This document shows positions 63,334 to 64,000 of a stretch of DNA of 64,000 nucleotides, in pieces. The notes beneath the pieces were generated by a model. The model saw nothing but the letters and a program-made list of their open reading frames with translations. It was not told the origin of the DNA and did no database searches. The DNA is taken from IMG/VR virus record IMGVR_UViG_3300042473_001540, positions 186,001-250,000 of that record; one strand, written 5' to 3'. The translations under genes and the position numbers were made by a program. How positions within the stretch are numbered: position 1 is the stretch's first letter; every line of letters begins with the position of its first letter.

Positions 63334-63972
63334 CTAGCCCAGCTGGCCCAGGCTGGTGACAAATCCCGGGCGCCCGGGCTGGTTGTGCAGGATGAACTCG
63401 CTTTGTCCTGCACGATCGGTTATCCAGATGATGCTGTTAACAGGTATGTCAGCTTGCAGGACTTTCTCAAGCTTGCGGTCTCTCTTTTGCAACAGCTCAG
63501 TGATCCAAGTTTGGTCTTCTCGGAACTGCTCCTCTAAATCGTCCCCATCAGTTATCATGTCACCATCGCTGTCAAAGATGTGATAATAATAAGGGTCTAG
63601 GTCAGGGTCATTGGTGGGCTCATCAGTGCGCACATATTGTTTCCCTCTCCAAGTGACTTTGCCCTTTTGGTTATACTCTTGCACTGCTTGTTGAATAGCC
63701 TGATCAGTTATGGGCTTGACCTTCATGAGCCTGGGATCTACTCCTGCAAACCAAGCTGCAACGCGGGGGTCACTTGTCCAGCTGAGTGTGTGCCGGGGAC
63801 CACCTTTGTCACCCACAGGGGTTTGAGCTCGATAGAGACGTATGGTGTCGCCAAACTTCCTCCGCAAGGCCGCTTGCACTGGCCTAAAACTCTGCTCCAG
63901 GCTGGCTCGGATCCGTTGGCCCCGCTCACTTGGCTGTGGGCTGTAGGCATCTTCCAGTTGAGCACTTTTCAT
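63334..63972 (-). CDS. R-S-E type ADP-ribosyltransferase-like protein
   Basis: IRLYRA (R), LSWTSDPRVA (STS-like), GQSEFIL (QxE). Confidence 0.65.
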   Translation of the reverse strand: MKSAQLEDAYSPQPSERGQRIRASLEQSFRPVQAALRRKFGDTIRLYRAQTPVGDKGGPRHTLSWTSDPRVAAWFAGVDPRLMKVKPITDQAIQQAVQEYNQKGKVTWRGKQYVRTDEPTNDPDLDPYYYHIFDSDGDMITDGDDLEEQFREDQTWITELLQKRDRKLEKVLQADIPVNSIIWITDRAGQSEFILHNQPGRPGFVTSLGQLG

Positions 63973-64000
63973 GATTCCGCCCCACATGCCCTTGTTTTGG

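Noticed and set aside
1-64000. tRNA, tmRNA or rRNA genes
   Set aside because: I saw no convincing T-loop/CCA cloverleaf or tmRNA ends by eye. A tRNAscan-SE/ARAGORN run is still advisable.

Overview
This window is a 64-kb segment of a large, distantly T4-like (probably jumbo) myophage genome in the standard genetic code. Positions 1-40436 and 58900-63330 are a dense, mostly plus-strand early/accessory region of short genes. Positions 40433-58887 are a minus-strand virion module: tail fibre with S74-type chaperone, a 4017-aa baseplate/tail protein, a gp6-like wedge and gp25. Recognisable enzymes include ThyX, two RNA ligases, a PNKP-like kinase-phosphatase, Thg1, a PTH2-like protein, a Pol-beta-type nucleotidyltransferase, an HD hydrolase, Nudix, a DEDDh exonuclease, a class II aldolase, an AAA ATPase, a PRTase, GT25, SPFH, an L7/L12-CTD protein, three HNH nucleases and two ART-like proteins. 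Two promoter classes recur: TTGACA-N16(17)-(TGC)TAnnnT and a late TAAATA. The most notable observations are: (1) a family of about 24 small paralogues with variable N-termini and a constant C-terminal F-x-x-E-E/D-D-x-x-x-F-x-L-T-W motif, including one fused to a gp23-capsid-like segment and two split by +1 frameshifts in poly-T runs; (2) a ~500-nt gene-free, densely base-paired region at 3340-3850 that looks like an unannotated structured RNA; (3) a ~1.3-kb high-GC, Acetobacteraceae-like galE fragment that truncates phage genes at both ends (host capture or assembly/splice artefact); (4) a diverged duplicate of the RNA ligase 3' end flanking an inserted cassette; (5) a broad RNA/tRNA repair and translation toolkit. 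All family calls come from recognising motifs by eye; no searches were run.
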